Shown here: positions 1 to 11,875 of the stretch, one piece after another
How positions within the stretch are numbered: the first letter of the stretch is position 1
Layout: every line of letters starts with the position of its first letter
From: an uncultured Candidatus Rokubacteria bacterium
Lineage (GTDB): Bacteria; Methylomirabilota; Methylomirabilia; Rokubacteriales; CSP1-6
Assembly (NCBI GenBank): GCA_963758635.1
Contig: CAVWWD010000007.1
Coordinates: 128,001 to 192,000 of the forward strand
DNA length: 64,000 nt
Direction of reading: 5' to 3'
Position numbers and translations under genes: made by a program
Notes under the pieces: model-generated
Told to the model about the DNA's origin: nothing
What the model saw: only the letters and a program-made list of their open reading frames with translations
Databases searched by the model: none

Positions 1-545
1 CGGCGAGCGCGACCCCGACCTCGCCGTATGCCGCCGCCAAATGGGCGGCCGGCGGCTACGCTCGCATGTTCCATCGTCTCTACCAGACGCCCGCGGTGAT
101 CGTGCGCCCCTTCTACACCTACGGACCGGCCCAGCCGGAGCACCGGGTGATCCCCTACACGATCCTCTGTTATCTGCGCGGCGTGCAGCCGCGGCTGTCC
201 AGCGCCCGCCGCCGGCTCGATTGCGTGTATGTCGACGATGTCATCGAGGGGCTCGTCCTGGCCGCCTGCCGGCCCGGCCTGGAGGGGGCCACCGTCGATC
301 TCGGCTCCGGCCAGGCGGTCTCCGTCAGCGATGTGGTCCTCAGGATCAAGGACCTCGCGGGGTCCTCCGTCGAGCCGGCATTCGGGGTCGAGGCCGACCG
401 GCCCGCGGACGAGACGCGCGTGGCCGACGCCGCGCATGCGTTCCGCGCCCTCGGATGGCGCGCGTCGACGGGGCTCGATGCGGGCCTGGCGCGCACCGTC
501 GCCTGGTATCGGGACCGGCAGCCCATCGGGGGAAACCAGTCATGA
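1..545 (+). CDS. NAD-dependent epimerase/dehydratase, C-terminal part (5' end outside window)
   Basis: YAAAK motif upstream of the annotated ORF start, then RPFYTYGP, RLDCVYVDDV, DLGSG and LGWR...GLARTVAWY, typical of extended SDR sugar epimerases. Confidence 0.85.
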   Translation, partial: ASATPTSPYAAAKWAAGGYARMFHRLYQTPAVIVRPFYTYGPAQPEHRVIPYTILCYLRGVQPRLSSARRRLDCVYVDDVIEGLVLAACRPGLEGATVDLGSGQAVSVSDVVLRIKDLAGSSVEPAFGVEADRPADETRVADAAHAFRALGWRASTGLDAGLARTVAWYRDRQPIGGNQS

Positions 546-1466
546 AGGTCGTGCTCTTCTGCGGTGGCCTGGGCACGCGGATCCGCGAGTACACGGACAC
601 GATCCCCAAGCCGATGATCCCCATCGGCTATCGACCCATGCTCTGGCATCTCATGAAGTACTACGCGCACTTCGGGCATCGCGACTTCATCCTGTGCCTC
701 GGGTATCGCGGCGACGTCATCAAGCAGTACTTCCTCAACTACGACGAGTGTCTGTCCAACGACTTCGTCCTGTCCGGAGGGGGGCCGGGACCTGACCCTG
801 CGGAGCCGCGACATCCAGGACTGGACCATCAGCTTCGTCGACACGGGCCTGCACTCCAACCTGGGGCAGCGCCTCAAGGCGGTCGAGCCCTATCTGGATG
901 GCGATGACGCGTTCCTGGCCAACTACGCCGACGGGCTCACCAACCTGTACCTGCCCGACCAGATCGATCAGTTCAGGCAGCAGGGCAAGGTGGCGAGCTT
1001 CCTCGGCGTGCGCCCGACGCAGTCGTTTCACGTCGTGTCGATGGACGACGACGGCTTCGTGCGCGACATCAGCCACGTGGGTCAGGCCGGGCTCTGGATC
1101 AACGCCGGCTTCTTCATCTTCAAGCGAGAGATCTTCGACTACATGCGCGACGGGGAGGAGCTGGTCGAGGAGCCGTTCCGGCGGCTCATCGCCGAGCGCC
1201 AGCTCATCGCCTACCCCTACCACGGCTTCTGGGCGTGCATGGATACCTTCAAGGACAAGCAGATGTTCGACGAGTTGAACGCGCGGGGAATGCCGCCGTG
1301 GGAGGTCTGGAGGCGCCCGGGAACCCGGCCGGCGGAGGGGCGTCCGGTCGCGAGACGCCGACCGGTGTGGCATGGACGACATGGTCGGGCGCGGTCCGTG
1401 GGCCGCGTCGGGCTTTCGGCTGCGGGCGACCGGCACGAGGCCGGGGGCATCGGTGATCACGCTTAG
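542..1466 (+). CDS. rfbF: glucose-1-phosphate cytidylyltransferase (frameshifted near 780-800)
   Basis: MKVVLFCGGLGTRIRE...PKPMIPIG, then in another frame ANYADG, WINAGFF, HGFWACMDTFKD; ATGA overlap with upstream gene; true 3' end uncertain. Confidence 0.85.
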
Positions 1467-2111
1467 CCTGACCGGCGCCACCGCGCCGATCTCCCACCTG
1501 CTCTGCCTGGGCGCCCACGCCGACGACATCGAGATCGGCTGCGGCGGCACGGTCCTCACGCTGCTGGAGCGCGGGGTGGCCATCGCGGTGACCTGGGTGG
1601 TGTTCAGCGCGGAAGGGCCGCGCGCCGAGGAGGCGCGTCGGAGCGCCGAGCGGTTCGCGGAGCGGCGCCGCCAAGCGGCAGATCATCATCAAGGACTTCC
1701 GTGACGGCTTCCTGCCCTATGACGGCGCCGCGGTCAAGGAGGCCTTCGAGGAGCTCAAGGCGACCGTCTCGCCCGATCGTGATCCTGACCCACTACCGGC
1801 ACGACCTCCACCAAGACCATCGCCTCGTGTCCGAGCTCACGTGGAACACGTTCCGCGACCACCTCATCCTCGAGTACGAGATCCCCAAGTACGACGGGGA
1901 TCTCGGGAGCCCGAACGTGTTCGTCCCGCTGGACGAGCCCGTCTGTCGCCGGAAGTTCGAAACGATCCTGTCGTGCTTCGAGAGCCAGAAGAACAAGCGC
2001 TGGTTCTCCGAGGACCTCTTCCGATCCCTGCTCCGCGTTCGTGGCATGGAGTGCAACGCCCCGAGCAACTATGCCGAGGCCTTTTACTGCAGAAAGCTCG
2101 TCGTCGCGTGA
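1453..2111 (+). CDS. PIG-L/LmbE family deacetylase (frameshifted ~1665-1780)
   Basis: LGAHADDIEIGCGG and DLHQDH metal-binding motifs, YEIPKYDGDLG, YAEAF. Confidence 0.85.
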
Positions 2112-2161
2112 GGGAACCTGGTGGCCGAGGAGCTCACTGCACGGCGGGAGAAACGACCGGA

Positions 2162-3234
2162 ATGACGAGGCTTGACAGCGCCCAAGGGCATGGAGTGCTC
2201 AACCTCCACGTCGGGGAACAGGTGGAAGTCCGTAGCGAGGCCGAGATCCTGGCCACGCTAGACGAGAACGGCGAGCTCGAGAACCTCCCGTTCATGCCGG
2301 AGATGCTGCGGTTCTGTGGGCAGCGGCTCACCGTGCACAAGGTGGCGCACAAGCTCTGCGACACGATCAGTCGGAGCGGTATGCGCCGTATGGACAACGC
2401 CGTGCACTTGACCGGGTCGCGCTGTGCCGGGCAGGCGCATGGTGGATGCCAGACGGGATGTTCGTTGTACTGGAAGGAAGCGTGGCTCAAACGGGTGACG
2501 GCCGACGACGCGGTCGAACCGCCGTGGCGCGCGCCACTTGGGAGCAGGCCGGGCCAACCGCCAGACGCTGGAGATCGCCACACAGGAAGCGCTCCGCATC
2601 GGACGGAGAGGAGCGCTTTTCCTGTCAGGCGACGGAGTTGCTGCGGGCTGCTCCAGTGTGCCTACCCTTCAAGGACCTGCGCCAGTACCTCACCGACATA
2701 CGGACCGGCAACGTCGGCTGGGCCGCGATGCTGCGCACGTTCTTCTTTGGGCTCTTCAACCGCTTCCAGAGTCGGAGCAAGCGAGTGCTGCCCAGGCGTT
2801 TGTGGATCAAGGATGGGCTGAGCTGGGGGTTCGTCAAAGGTGGTGTCGTCGGCAGAACCCCGACCGGGCGGCTCGACTTGCAGCCGGGCGAACTCGTCCG
2901 TGTCAAGTCCAAGGAAGAGATCATGGGGACGCTCAACACCGACCTTCTCAACCGAGGCATGGGGTTCGAAGAGGAGATGGCGCGGTACTGCGGGCAGACC
3001 ACCCGAGTACGCGCCCGCGTCGACCGGTGTATCGACGAAGGGACCGGTCGGATGCTGGAGATGAAGAGTCCGTGCATCGTGCTGGAAGATGTCGTGTGCC
3101 AGGGTATCTACCACGCCAACTGCCCGCGAGAGTTCATACCGTTCTGGCGGGAAATCTGGCTCGAGCGGGTTGAGGAAACGCCTGACGCAGGCAGCGCCAG
3201 TGACTGTGTGGCCGAACCTGGACCGAGCCGGTAG
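2162..3234 (+). CDS. hypothetical protein with two homologous Cys-rich domains (frameshifted ~2520-2600)
   Basis: Repeated L(H/Q)(V/P)GE.V.V(R/K)S..EI..TL...F..EM..(F/Y)CG...C(D/I)...C...W(K/R)E.WL.RV in ORFs 1841..2821 and 2446..3234. Confidence 0.7.
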
Positions 3235-3275
3235 CCGCTGATTCGGGACCCAGCAGGACGAGACGGAAGAACCGA

Positions 3276-4189
3276 GTGCGGTTAGCCGACACGCTGGTGT
3301 CCATCGGGCTTCCGGTGCGGAACGGCGTCGGATCGTCTGCCGACGGTGGTCCGATCGGTGCTGGCACAGGATCACGAGCGCCTGGAACTGGTGATCTCCG
3401 ACAACGCCTCGACCGACGGTACCGAGGAGCTCTGCCGCGACCTGGCGAGAGCCGATCGTCGGATCGTCTACTACCGGCAGGCGGAGAACGTGGGGTTGCT
3501 GAACAACTTCATCCATGCGATCCGGCTCGCGAATGGCACCTTCTTCCGCTGGGTGGGCGACGATGACTGGCTGGCGCCTCGCTGCGTGTCGCGGTCCCTG
3601 GAGGCGTTCGCCGAGGACGACCGGCTCCTCCTCGTGACGACACAGATCGCCTACACCGACCCTGACGGTGTCACCGCAGATCCCCGTATACCGGGGCACC
3701 GGGCTGCGGTCCGACGACCCGATCGTGCGGTTCGCCGAGATGCTGCGGCTGCACAACCAGAGCCGACCTGTTGATCGACCCGCTCTACGGGCTCATGCGG
3801 CGGGCGCCGGTGGCGCGCCATTCCCCGGCGCAACATGCTCCGCGAGGACGAGGTGTTTGCGACGAAGCTTGCGTTGGCTGGACCATGGGGCCACGTAGCC
3901 GAGGTGCTCGCCCACCGGAACATGAGGCACGAACGCCTGCCGGCGGTGGCTCGCCGCCTTGGCGTGCCGGCCTGGCAGGCCCACGTGGCCAACACGCTCC
4001 AGTGCCGGGAGATCCTGCGGTGGATGCGCTAGGCTGAGCTCACGCCTGGGCAACGCCGCCGGGCGCGCGCGGCGGTCGGCGCGGATGTACCTGCGCCGCC
4101 AGCAGCGCGGTGCGATGCGCCGCGGCGCGCAAGCTCGTGCGCCTGGCCGCCGCGCTCGTGGCATCTCGCCGAGCTCCGCGGCGCGCTGA
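3276..4189 (+). CDS. glycosyltransferase family 2 (multiple frameshifts)
   Basis: LVSIGLPVRNG, ELVISDNASTDGT, FFRWVGDDD, DPLYGLMRR spread over consecutive ORFs; 3' end approximate. Confidence 0.8.
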
Positions 4190-4361
4190 CTCTCTCAAGC
4201 ACTGCGCTCGCACCTGGGCATCTGCTTTACGCACACGGCCGCGCATGCGGTAGGCGTTACGCTCTCCTGACAACTGATCGACGAGGGATCCGGGTCGAAG
4301 CGAGTCACCGACTGTTCATGCCGGTACGGTCGTCGCCGTGCCTGGCGCCGGGGGCTGGCGC

Positions 4362-5781
4362 ATGATTGAGCAGCAGCAATTCGAGTTGCGACGCACGATA
4401 GTGATGGCCGATGGTCAGCCTGACCATCGTGGCCTACCTGGTGGCCTGCGCGGTACGGTTCTGGCTCGGGCCGGAGTCGATGGACCTCGCTCTCGCACCT
4501 CGCCCTGATTCCCGCGCATGGTTCCGCTCTGGTTGCTCCTGCTGCCGTTCTTCGGGGCCTACGATAGCCCGCGCACGATGTCCCGACGCGACTATCTGTG
4601 GGCCACGACCCGGGCGGTGGCGGTGGGTCTGGCGGTCATCTTCAGCGGGTTGTTCCTGTTCCGTGTCCATCACCTGAGCCGGGCGGTCATCGTGCTCTTC
4701 GCGGTGCTGGACGTCGCGGCGCTCTTTCGCCGTTCGCCTGTGGATGATCCAGTACTTCCGGCGTTCGATCGAGCGCATCGAGAACGTGCGGCGGGTGCTG
4801 ATCGTCGGTACCGGAGGGCGGGCGCAGGCGGCTCGCCGAGGCCCTCCTTCGGCGATCGGAGTGGGGGATCCACATCATCGGGCATCTCGATCCGGATCCG
4901 GCCCGTGTGGGCACGCGGGTGCTCGGGTCGCCGGTCCTGGGCACCGTGGACGACATCGCGGCCATCCTTCGCGACCAGGTGATCGACGAGGTCCTGATCG
5001 CCATCCCCCGCGACATGCTCGGGGCGGTGGAGAAAGTGGCCAAGGCCTGCGAGGAGGAAGGCATCAGGCACTGCCTGATGGCCGACGTCTTCGACACCAA
5101 GGTCGCCCGCGTCGAGCGTGGCACGGTTCGGGTCCATCCCGCTGCTGTTGTTCGAGCCGGTCTCCCAGGACGAGCGGCGGCTCCTCGTGAAGCGGGTGAT
5201 CGATCTCGCGCGCGACCCTCTTCATGCTCCCGCTTGCTCCTCCCGCTGATCGGCGTGATCGCGGTCGCCATCAAGCTCGACTCGCCCGGGCCCGGTGCTT
5301 CTTCCGCCAGGACCGGGTCGGCTACCTGAAGCGGCGCTTCCGGATGCTCAAGTTCCGGACGATGGTCGACGGGGCCGACAAGCTCCAGAGCCAGCTCGAG
5401 CACCTCAACGAGGCGGCCGGGCCCATCTTCAAGATCAAGAACGACCCCCGCATCACCCGGGTGGGGCGGTTCCTGCGGCGCACCAGCCTCGACGAGCTGC
5501 CGCAGATCTTCAACGTGATCGCGGGCGACATGAGCCTGGTCGGCCCGCGGCCGATGTCGCTGCGCGACGTGCAGCTCTTCGACCAGGGCATCCAGCGGCG
5601 GCGATTCAGCGTGAAGCCCGGCCTCACCTGCCTCTGGCAGGTCTCCGGGCGGAGCCTGCTGCCCTTTTCGAAGTGGCTGGAGCTGGACCTCGACTACATC
5701 GACAACTGGTCGCTCGCGCTGGATCTTCGGATCCTCGTGAAGACCATTCCGGTGGTCCTGAAAGGTACGGGAGCCGTCTGA
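4362..5781 (+). CDS. priming sugar transferase (WcaJ/CpsE/WbaP-like), frameshifted
   Basis: N-terminal TM segments, VLIVGTG/IDEVLIA domain, C-terminal FRMLKFRTM, DPRITRVGRFLRRTSLDELPQ, GDMSLVGPRP, KPGLT. Confidence 0.9.
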
Positions 5782-6945
5782 TGATCACCGAGACGCGCTC
5801 GGAGGCCATCTCCGCCCGCATGAGCGAGGCCGCCGGGAGTGGTCGCCCGTCTCCGGGCGCTCGCCCTCCGGTCACTCGCCCGGATGTACCGCCGGGACGA
5901 GCGGTTGTTCGTGTTCCGGCTACGCGCGGCGGGCAGGGAAATCGCCTCCGAGGGCTTGAGCCGCCGCTACAGCGCGATCGCCGTGATCGGCATGGCCGAG
6001 GACGACACGGTGGACGCCCGGGCGGTGCTCGGCGGCCACGATCTGCACGACGTGTGCGGCCGGCTGATGAGCGACGTGTCTCGCCTGTCGACGCTCGGCG
6101 ACGTCGCGCTCATCCTGTGGGCGGCCCGGGCGGCGTCCTATGGCGACCGGCAGTGGGCCTGGCAGCGCCTGCTGGAGCTCCGGCCCGCCGAGCGCACGCA
6201 TCCGACGGTGGAGGTTGCCTGGAGCCTGGCCGCGCTGTGCGTGGACGCGGAGGCGCCGGTGGGCGACCTCCGGAAGCGCCTCGCGCGCCGGCTCGTGGAG
6301 GCCTTCGCGACACGCTCGGCGATCTTTCCCCACGTCATTCGCGAGGACGGCGGCGGCGAGGCCGCTCTCACATCGTGTCCTTCGCGGATCTCGTGTACCC
6401 GATCCACGCCCTGGCCCTCTATCACCGCTTCTCCGGCGACCGCGACGCCCGCGACGTGGCGATGCGCTGCGCCGCCGACATCTGCCGTCAGCAGGGTCGC
6501 GCGGGGGCAGTGGTGGTGGCACTACGACCGGCGCACGGGGCGTGTCGTCGAGAGGTATCCGGTCTACGCCGTGCACCAGGACGCGATGGCCCCGATGGCG
6601 CTCCTCGCCCTCGAACAGGCCACCGGCGCCGACTACTCCGAGCCGATCGCCCGTGGCCTCGCCTGGCTGGCCCGGTCGCCGGAGCTCAGCGGCGGCTCCC
6701 TGATCGACGAGAGCGCTGGCCTGATCTGGCGCAAGGTCGCCCGGCGGGAGCCCGGAAAGCTGTCGCGCTACGCGCAGGCAATGGTCAGTGGTGTGCACGC
6801 CTCCATGCGTGTCCCCGGGCTCGATCTCGTGTTCCCAGCGGTCACGGTGGATCGCGAGGACCGTCCCTACCACCCAGGCTGGCTGCTCTACGCCTGGCCT
6901 GGCCACCGTCTCGCCGCCTGGCGGGGCGACGTCTCGGAACGATGA
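5781..6945 (+). CDS. EPS-cluster hypothetical protein, possible (alpha/alpha)-toroid fold (frameshifted)
   Basis: TGATG coupling to upstream gene; motifs SFADLVYPIHAL, GQWWWHYD, YPVYAVHQDAMAPMAL, RPYHPGWLLYAW. Confidence 0.65.
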
Positions 6946-7098
6946 GCCTGGCCGCCCTCCTCGTGCGCCGCAGAGCCTCGGCGCACCTGTGCGGTGCCAT
7001 GCCCGCGCCGCTGGTTTGCCCCGGAGCGCCGATGCTATCCGTGCACGGGCCCGGCTGCTCCTGGCCGCGATGTCGGCTATTAGCAGCAGCAGCGAATC

Positions 7099-8526
7099 AT
7101 GAATGCGATCGGCGGCCAGCACGCTCGCTCTGCTGGCGACAGTGGTGGTATTTGGGCCACGGCGATGGGCGCTGCTCGGGATGAGTGCTGGTGTGCTCTT
7201 TCCTGACCCAGGGGCAGTCGCTCGAGGTACTCGGCTTGACGCTCTACCCGATGCGATGTCTGGAGCTGGTCGGTTTCATCCGCGTGATCGTGCGCAAGGA
7301 GTTCTCGGTCTCGAGGGTCACGCCGGTAGACAAGGCCTTACTCGGCCGTGTATGCGTATACGACGATCGTGTTTCTGCTGCGGACCGCCCTGGGCGGCGG
7401 TACCTCCGAGAGCATCGCCCAGGTGACCGACAAGGCTAAATCGGCATGCTGGTCGATGCGGTGCTCTGTTACTTCACCTTCCGGGGCCTGCTCGTAAGCA
7501 TTCGGTGATCTCGTCTGGTTCCTGCGGAGCTTCGCGTTGCTTCTGGTGCCCTACGTGGCGCTGGTGTCCGTGGAGTCGGTGACAGCGAACAACCCGTTCT
7601 GCCATGGTGGGAGGACAGCCGACCATCTGGCGCGACATCGGCAGGATGCGGTGCAGCGGCAGCTTTGCGCCATCCGTCACTGCTCGGTACGCTCGGGGCG
7701 AGCTTTCTCCCGCTTGTACGTCGCGCTGGCCTTGACCGGGGCAACCGTGCTCGCGCTCTGGCTGGAGTCGGCTGCTGCGTCGAGCATCGTGCTCCTCGCG
7801 GACTCGGGCGGACCGCTGATTGTCGTGGCCCTGGGCATTGCCGCGTGGGCTCTGTGGACCGTGCGGCAGACAGAATGTTCGCCGTAAGATGGACGATCGT
7901 CGGGATGCTCGTCGTTCCTGGCGTTGGTGATGAAGGTTCCGTTGTGGTACCTGCCGCAGAAGCTGAGTTCCCTTGTCGGCGGAGACGGCTGGCACCGTTC
8001 CGAACTGATGAACAAGGCGATCGAGAACGTCGATCAATGGTGGTTGGCCGGTATGGCTTTGGACCGGACCGCGGACTGGTTCTTCTACAAGGCAAAGGGT
8101 GCCGTGGACATTACCAATACGTACCTCCTCTTCGGTTTGGATGCAGGCCTTCTGGCGATCGTGCTGTTCATTCTCTTGCTCACTCCGCGCTTTCCGCGGT
8201 CTGGGCGAGGGGCTCGGCGGCACTCCGTGCGAGTTTGCGGGGAGACTCGTGAGGCCGAAGTTCTTCTGTGGGGGCTCGGCGCAGTCCTCGCGGGGCATAT
8301 CGGCAATTTCTTTGCCATAACGTACTGGGACCAGACATACGCGATCTGGTTCATGCAGCTCGCGGCAATGTCAAGTGTCTCCCGCGCATGCGCAGAGGAG
8401 ACGGCGGGTCTGGTTCGTGGCGTGAACCCCGTTTGGTGGGCGTGGAACGGACAGAGTGCGTGGTTTGACGGGGGGGAGCCCGGCCGTAGTGCGGTCGAAG
8501 AATCTCGTGGACTTGGGCGGGGGTGA
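7099..8526 (+). CDS. Wzy/O-antigen ligase-like polytopic membrane protein (heavily frameshifted)
   Basis: Hydrophobic fragments across several frames, including FAHPSLLG, GGDGWHRSEL, DITNTYL; located in polysaccharide cluster. Confidence 0.6.
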
Positions 8527-9477
8527 AACCCGTGGTCACTCCGGCTCCTTCCGAGCGCGGGATATACGGGTTGCGAGATCTGGACATGAGCGCATACCCG
8601 CCTGAGCCGGCGCAGCGACACCCGACCGTTCCAGCGGACCGGCGTCTGGGGTCCGTAGTGATCCCGGCCCATAACGAGGAGTTTGTCATCGGCCGTTGCC
8701 TCGACGCCCTCTCCGCCGGCGTGACGCCGGGCGAGGTCGAGGTGGTCGTGGTGTGTAACGGGTGCACCGACAGGACGGCCTCAGTGGCTCGTCAATCGGG
8801 TCATTCAATCACGGTCCTGGAACTCGAAGGTCGATCGAAGATCGAAGCCTTGCGAGCCGGTAGAGCGGGCCGTCAGCGCCCTTCCCCGGCTCTTTCTCGA
8901 CGCGGACGTGGTGTTGAGCGGCCAGGCCGCGAAGGCTTTGTTGACCCGCTTGGCGGAGCCATCGGTTGTCGCGGCCAGACCGCCAATTCGTTACGACGCT
9001 TCGGCCAGTTGCTGGCTCGTCCAGCGCTTTTACGCGGCCCGCGCGCAGCTTCCCAACGTCCTGGGTTCTCTGTGGGGCGCCGGCGTCTATGGCCTGTCGG
9101 CTGCAGGGCGTTTGCGGTTCCAGGACTTTCCGCAGGTCGTGGCCGAGGATCTGTTCGTGGACAGGCTCTTCACCACAGAAGAGGTCGAGATTCTCCCGAT
9201 CGAGCCGGTGACCGTCACCTGTCCTCGGACGGTGCGAGGGCTCCTGCGTGTTCTGAAACGCACTTACCGGGGCAACGCGGCCCTGACCGGGGTGCCGGGC
9301 CCCCCCCGACCGGGTACGCAGGCGACAATCCGGGAGCTTGCTCGGCTGGCGCGATGCGGACTCCCGTCGCTCCGCGACGCGATCGTCTACGGTTCGTTCG
9401 TGACCCTGGGCCGCGCCGCCGCGCAATTCGGGCCGAGCCACATCGGGATGTGGGAGCGCGATGAGACCTCACGCTGA
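8523..9477 (+). CDS. glycosyltransferase family 2 (frameshift ~8860)
   Basis: SVVIPAHNEE, VVVCNGCTDRT, then LFLDADV and AEDLFVD in the second frame. Confidence 0.85.
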
Positions 9478-9527
9478 CGCCTCGGCCAGAACCTTCAAGC
9501 CCGAAGGCCTATGTTTCGGGAAGCGTC

Positions 9528-10382
9528 ATGCCCGAAGACTTCTCGCTTCTGAAGGCTGAGGAGATCGAAGCATTGGGGCACAGTGCAGTCGACACTCGCC
9601 GACTATTCGGACTTGACTTCGTCTGTGACTTCGATTTCGAGCTCACGGTCGAACGCATACTCGGTCCGCAGCCCGAGGACGGCCATCTGCCGCTTGTGGT
9701 AACGCCAAACGTCGACCAGGTGGTCCGGCTGGCGCAGCCCCGCCACTCTCAGCTCGCGGCTGCGCTCGCCCGGGCGCGGGTCGTTCTGCCCGACGGGCAG
9801 CCCATCATCTGGGTGAGCCGCCTGCTCGGCCGCCCGCTTGCCGCTCGTCTGCCGGGGAGCACGCTGTTCCCCCTGGTGTGGCGCCGGCTCAGCGACGAGC
9901 AGCGCCCGACTCTGGTGATCGCGCCGTCCTCGGAGGTGGCCGATGGCTTGCGAAGTGAGCACGCTGAGCTCGCCACGTTCGTGGCACCGTTCTTCGACGC
10001 TGACGACGAGAAGGCTGTCGCTGACGTGGTGGCCAGTTGCCTGCAATGCATCGAGTTCAAAAAGCCGGAGTTCGTCTTCATCGGCGTCGGGTTTCCAAAG
10101 CAAGAGCTGCTGGCCCTCGGGATCATGAAGGCGCTGGCCGGCGCCGGGAGATCGATGCCGCTGTTCCTGCTCCTCGGCGGGAGCTTCGACATGCATCTCG
10201 GTCGAATTTCGCGAGCGCCGGCGTGGATGCAGCGCTCCGGTCTGGAGTGGTTCTATCGGTTGAGTCGGGAGCCGCGCCGCCTTTGGCGCCGGTACCTCGT
10301 CACGGACCTGGCCTTCGTCGCGCTCGTGGTGGCCGAGCTGAAAGCCGCCCGACGCCCCGAGCCGAACTCCATGAGGAATTGA
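9528..10382 (+). CDS. WecB/TagA/CpsF family glycosyltransferase (GT26)
   Basis: VVTPNVD, LPDGQP, GVGFPKQE, RAPAWMQRSGLEWFYRLSREPRRLWRRY. Confidence 0.92.
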   Translation: MPEDFSLLKAEEIEALGHSAVDTRRLFGLDFVCDFDFELTVERILGPQPEDGHLPLVVTPNVDQVVRLAQPRHSQLAAALARARVVLPDGQPIIWVSRLLGRPLAARLPGSTLFPLVWRRLSDEQRPTLVIAPSSEVADGLRSEHAELATFVAPFFDADDEKAVADVVASCLQCIEFKKPEFVFIGVGFPKQELLALGIMKALAGAGRSMPLFLLLGGSFDMHLGRISRAPAWMQRSGLEWFYRLSREPRRLWRRYLVTDLAFVALVVAELKAARRPEPNSMRN

Positions 10383-10537
10383 GAGGAGGTTGGTTGCTCC
10401 CTCGATCGAAAGCGGGACAGTGTTCCCAGGGAGCGCGCTCGGCGACCTGCTACTCCTTCCCACCGCGTGCAGTCACGCTGGACGCGGTCGCACCAAGCCG
10501 AGATTGAGCTGTCTCCCGCGCGGATAGAGCCAGAGTG

Positions 10538-11875
10538 TCAGCTGGTGATCCGGTAGATGTGTACCGCGTTCGCGTCGGCGAATGAATCTGTGAACTGCCT
10601 GGTCGTGACCAGCCGAACACGGTCCTCGTATAACACCTCTACGGTCGATCCCGCCGCGACGGTGAAAATCGCCGTGGTAGCTCCCCCGGTGGACCCGGCG
10701 AACACATACCACGTCTCATCGGGCCCACGCTTTGCCATCACGCGCACGCCGCCAGAAACCGTTACATAGCGGTCGGCAAACGGTGAGTTGAGCACCGGCG
10801 CAAGTTCGGTGATCTGTCGGTTGACCTCGGCCACGGTGGCGCGAACGGAGGCGTAGCAGGAGTCGCGCAGGATGTGTTGCGTTTGGCAGGACCCGCCGAA
10901 GCTGTGGTTGAAGTAGATGATACCGCGGGCGCCGGCAATGATCGAGTGCCATACGGCGGACCGGATCTGGGCAGACTGGATCGTCGGAAAGTTGTGCTCG
11001 GTGGACGGGTGACCGGCCTCCACGAAAGCCCACACGGGCTGGCGCCGGCCGTCCACGGCGTCGAGTCGCCTCATCTTGTCGACCTGCCGCCCGTACTGTG
11101 CTCCAGACCGGCAGGCCGGGTCGGTGCCGGCCACGCATTCGTGGTTGTCGGTAAACCAGTACACGTCACTTGACACAAAGTCCTGAAATAGATTCACGAA
11201 CACCTGAGCTGCCTTGTCGGACTGCCAAATGATGACGCCCTTGCCATAGTTCGAATACCGGGGTTTTCCGTCGTTGGGTAGCGTACTATTGATCGTTCGC
11301 TGCACTGTGTAGCCGCATCGACCGCCACTGGTATTGGGCGGAATGCAATGATTCCAAGCCAGCACACCGTCCCAGGCATCCCAGCCAGGGCCAAAGACCA
11401 TGTCGGCTTCGTCTGAGACGACCCAGCCAGTGATGGCCTGGTGGGAGACACCCAGCCATTCATTTGACTGCGCGAGCGTGTACATTCCCGCCGCCGCGAC
11501 GAGGTCGAGATTCGAATTGCGCGTGATGACCACATAGGTGTTGAGCCCGGCCGCCTTGTCTAGGTCGACGTCGCGCTGCTCGACGACGCTTTCGAACCAC
11601 ACGCCGATCGGAAAGAAGGACGGGTTCGTGGGGAACGTATTCGGCCACCGCGAGAAGTAGCCTAGACCTCCGTCGATGTCGCGCAGCGTCACCCCGGGTG
11701 GCAATGGGCCTCCCGCATCACCAGAGCCGATCCGCGGGTCGCTTGGAGCGGCTGGGGGGCTCAACTGTTGTGCGACGGGACCGCTGCTGCCAAGACATTG
11801 AACGACGAACAGCCCAGCCAGTAGGCGGCAGCTAAACCGTCGCGACAACAGTCGGTGGAAGCGCGCTTTGATCAA
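10538..11875 (-). CDS. secreted putative glycoside hydrolase (clan GH-A-like TIM barrel plus C-terminal beta domain), paralog A
   Basis: Signal-peptide-like N-terminus; FFPIGVWFESV, SDEADM, NYGKG, PVWAFVE, GARGIIYFNHSFGG; TTG start inferred from GGAGG RBS (ORF open to 11890). Confidence 0.65.
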   Translation of the reverse strand: MIKARFHRLLSRRFSCRLLAGLFVVQCLGSSGPVAQQLSPPAAPSDPRIGSGDAGGPLPPGVTLRDIDGGLGYFSRWPNTFPTNPSFFPIGVWFESVVEQRDVDLDKAAGLNTYVVITRNSNLDLVAAAGMYTLAQSNEWLGVSHQAITGWVVSDEADMVFGPGWDAWDGVLAWNHCIPPNTSGGRCGYTVQRTINSTLPNDGKPRYSNYGKGVIIWQSDKAAQVFVNLFQDFVSSDVYWFTDNHECVAGTDPACRSGAQYGRQVDKMRRLDAVDGRRQPVWAFVEAGHPSTEHNFPTIQSAQIRSAVWHSIIAGARGIIYFNHSFGGSCQTQHILRDSCYASVRATVAEVNRQITELAPVLNSPFADRYVTVSGGVRVMAKRGPDETWYVFAGSTGGATTAIFTVAAGSTVEVLYEDRVRLVTTRQFTDSFADANAVHIYRITS

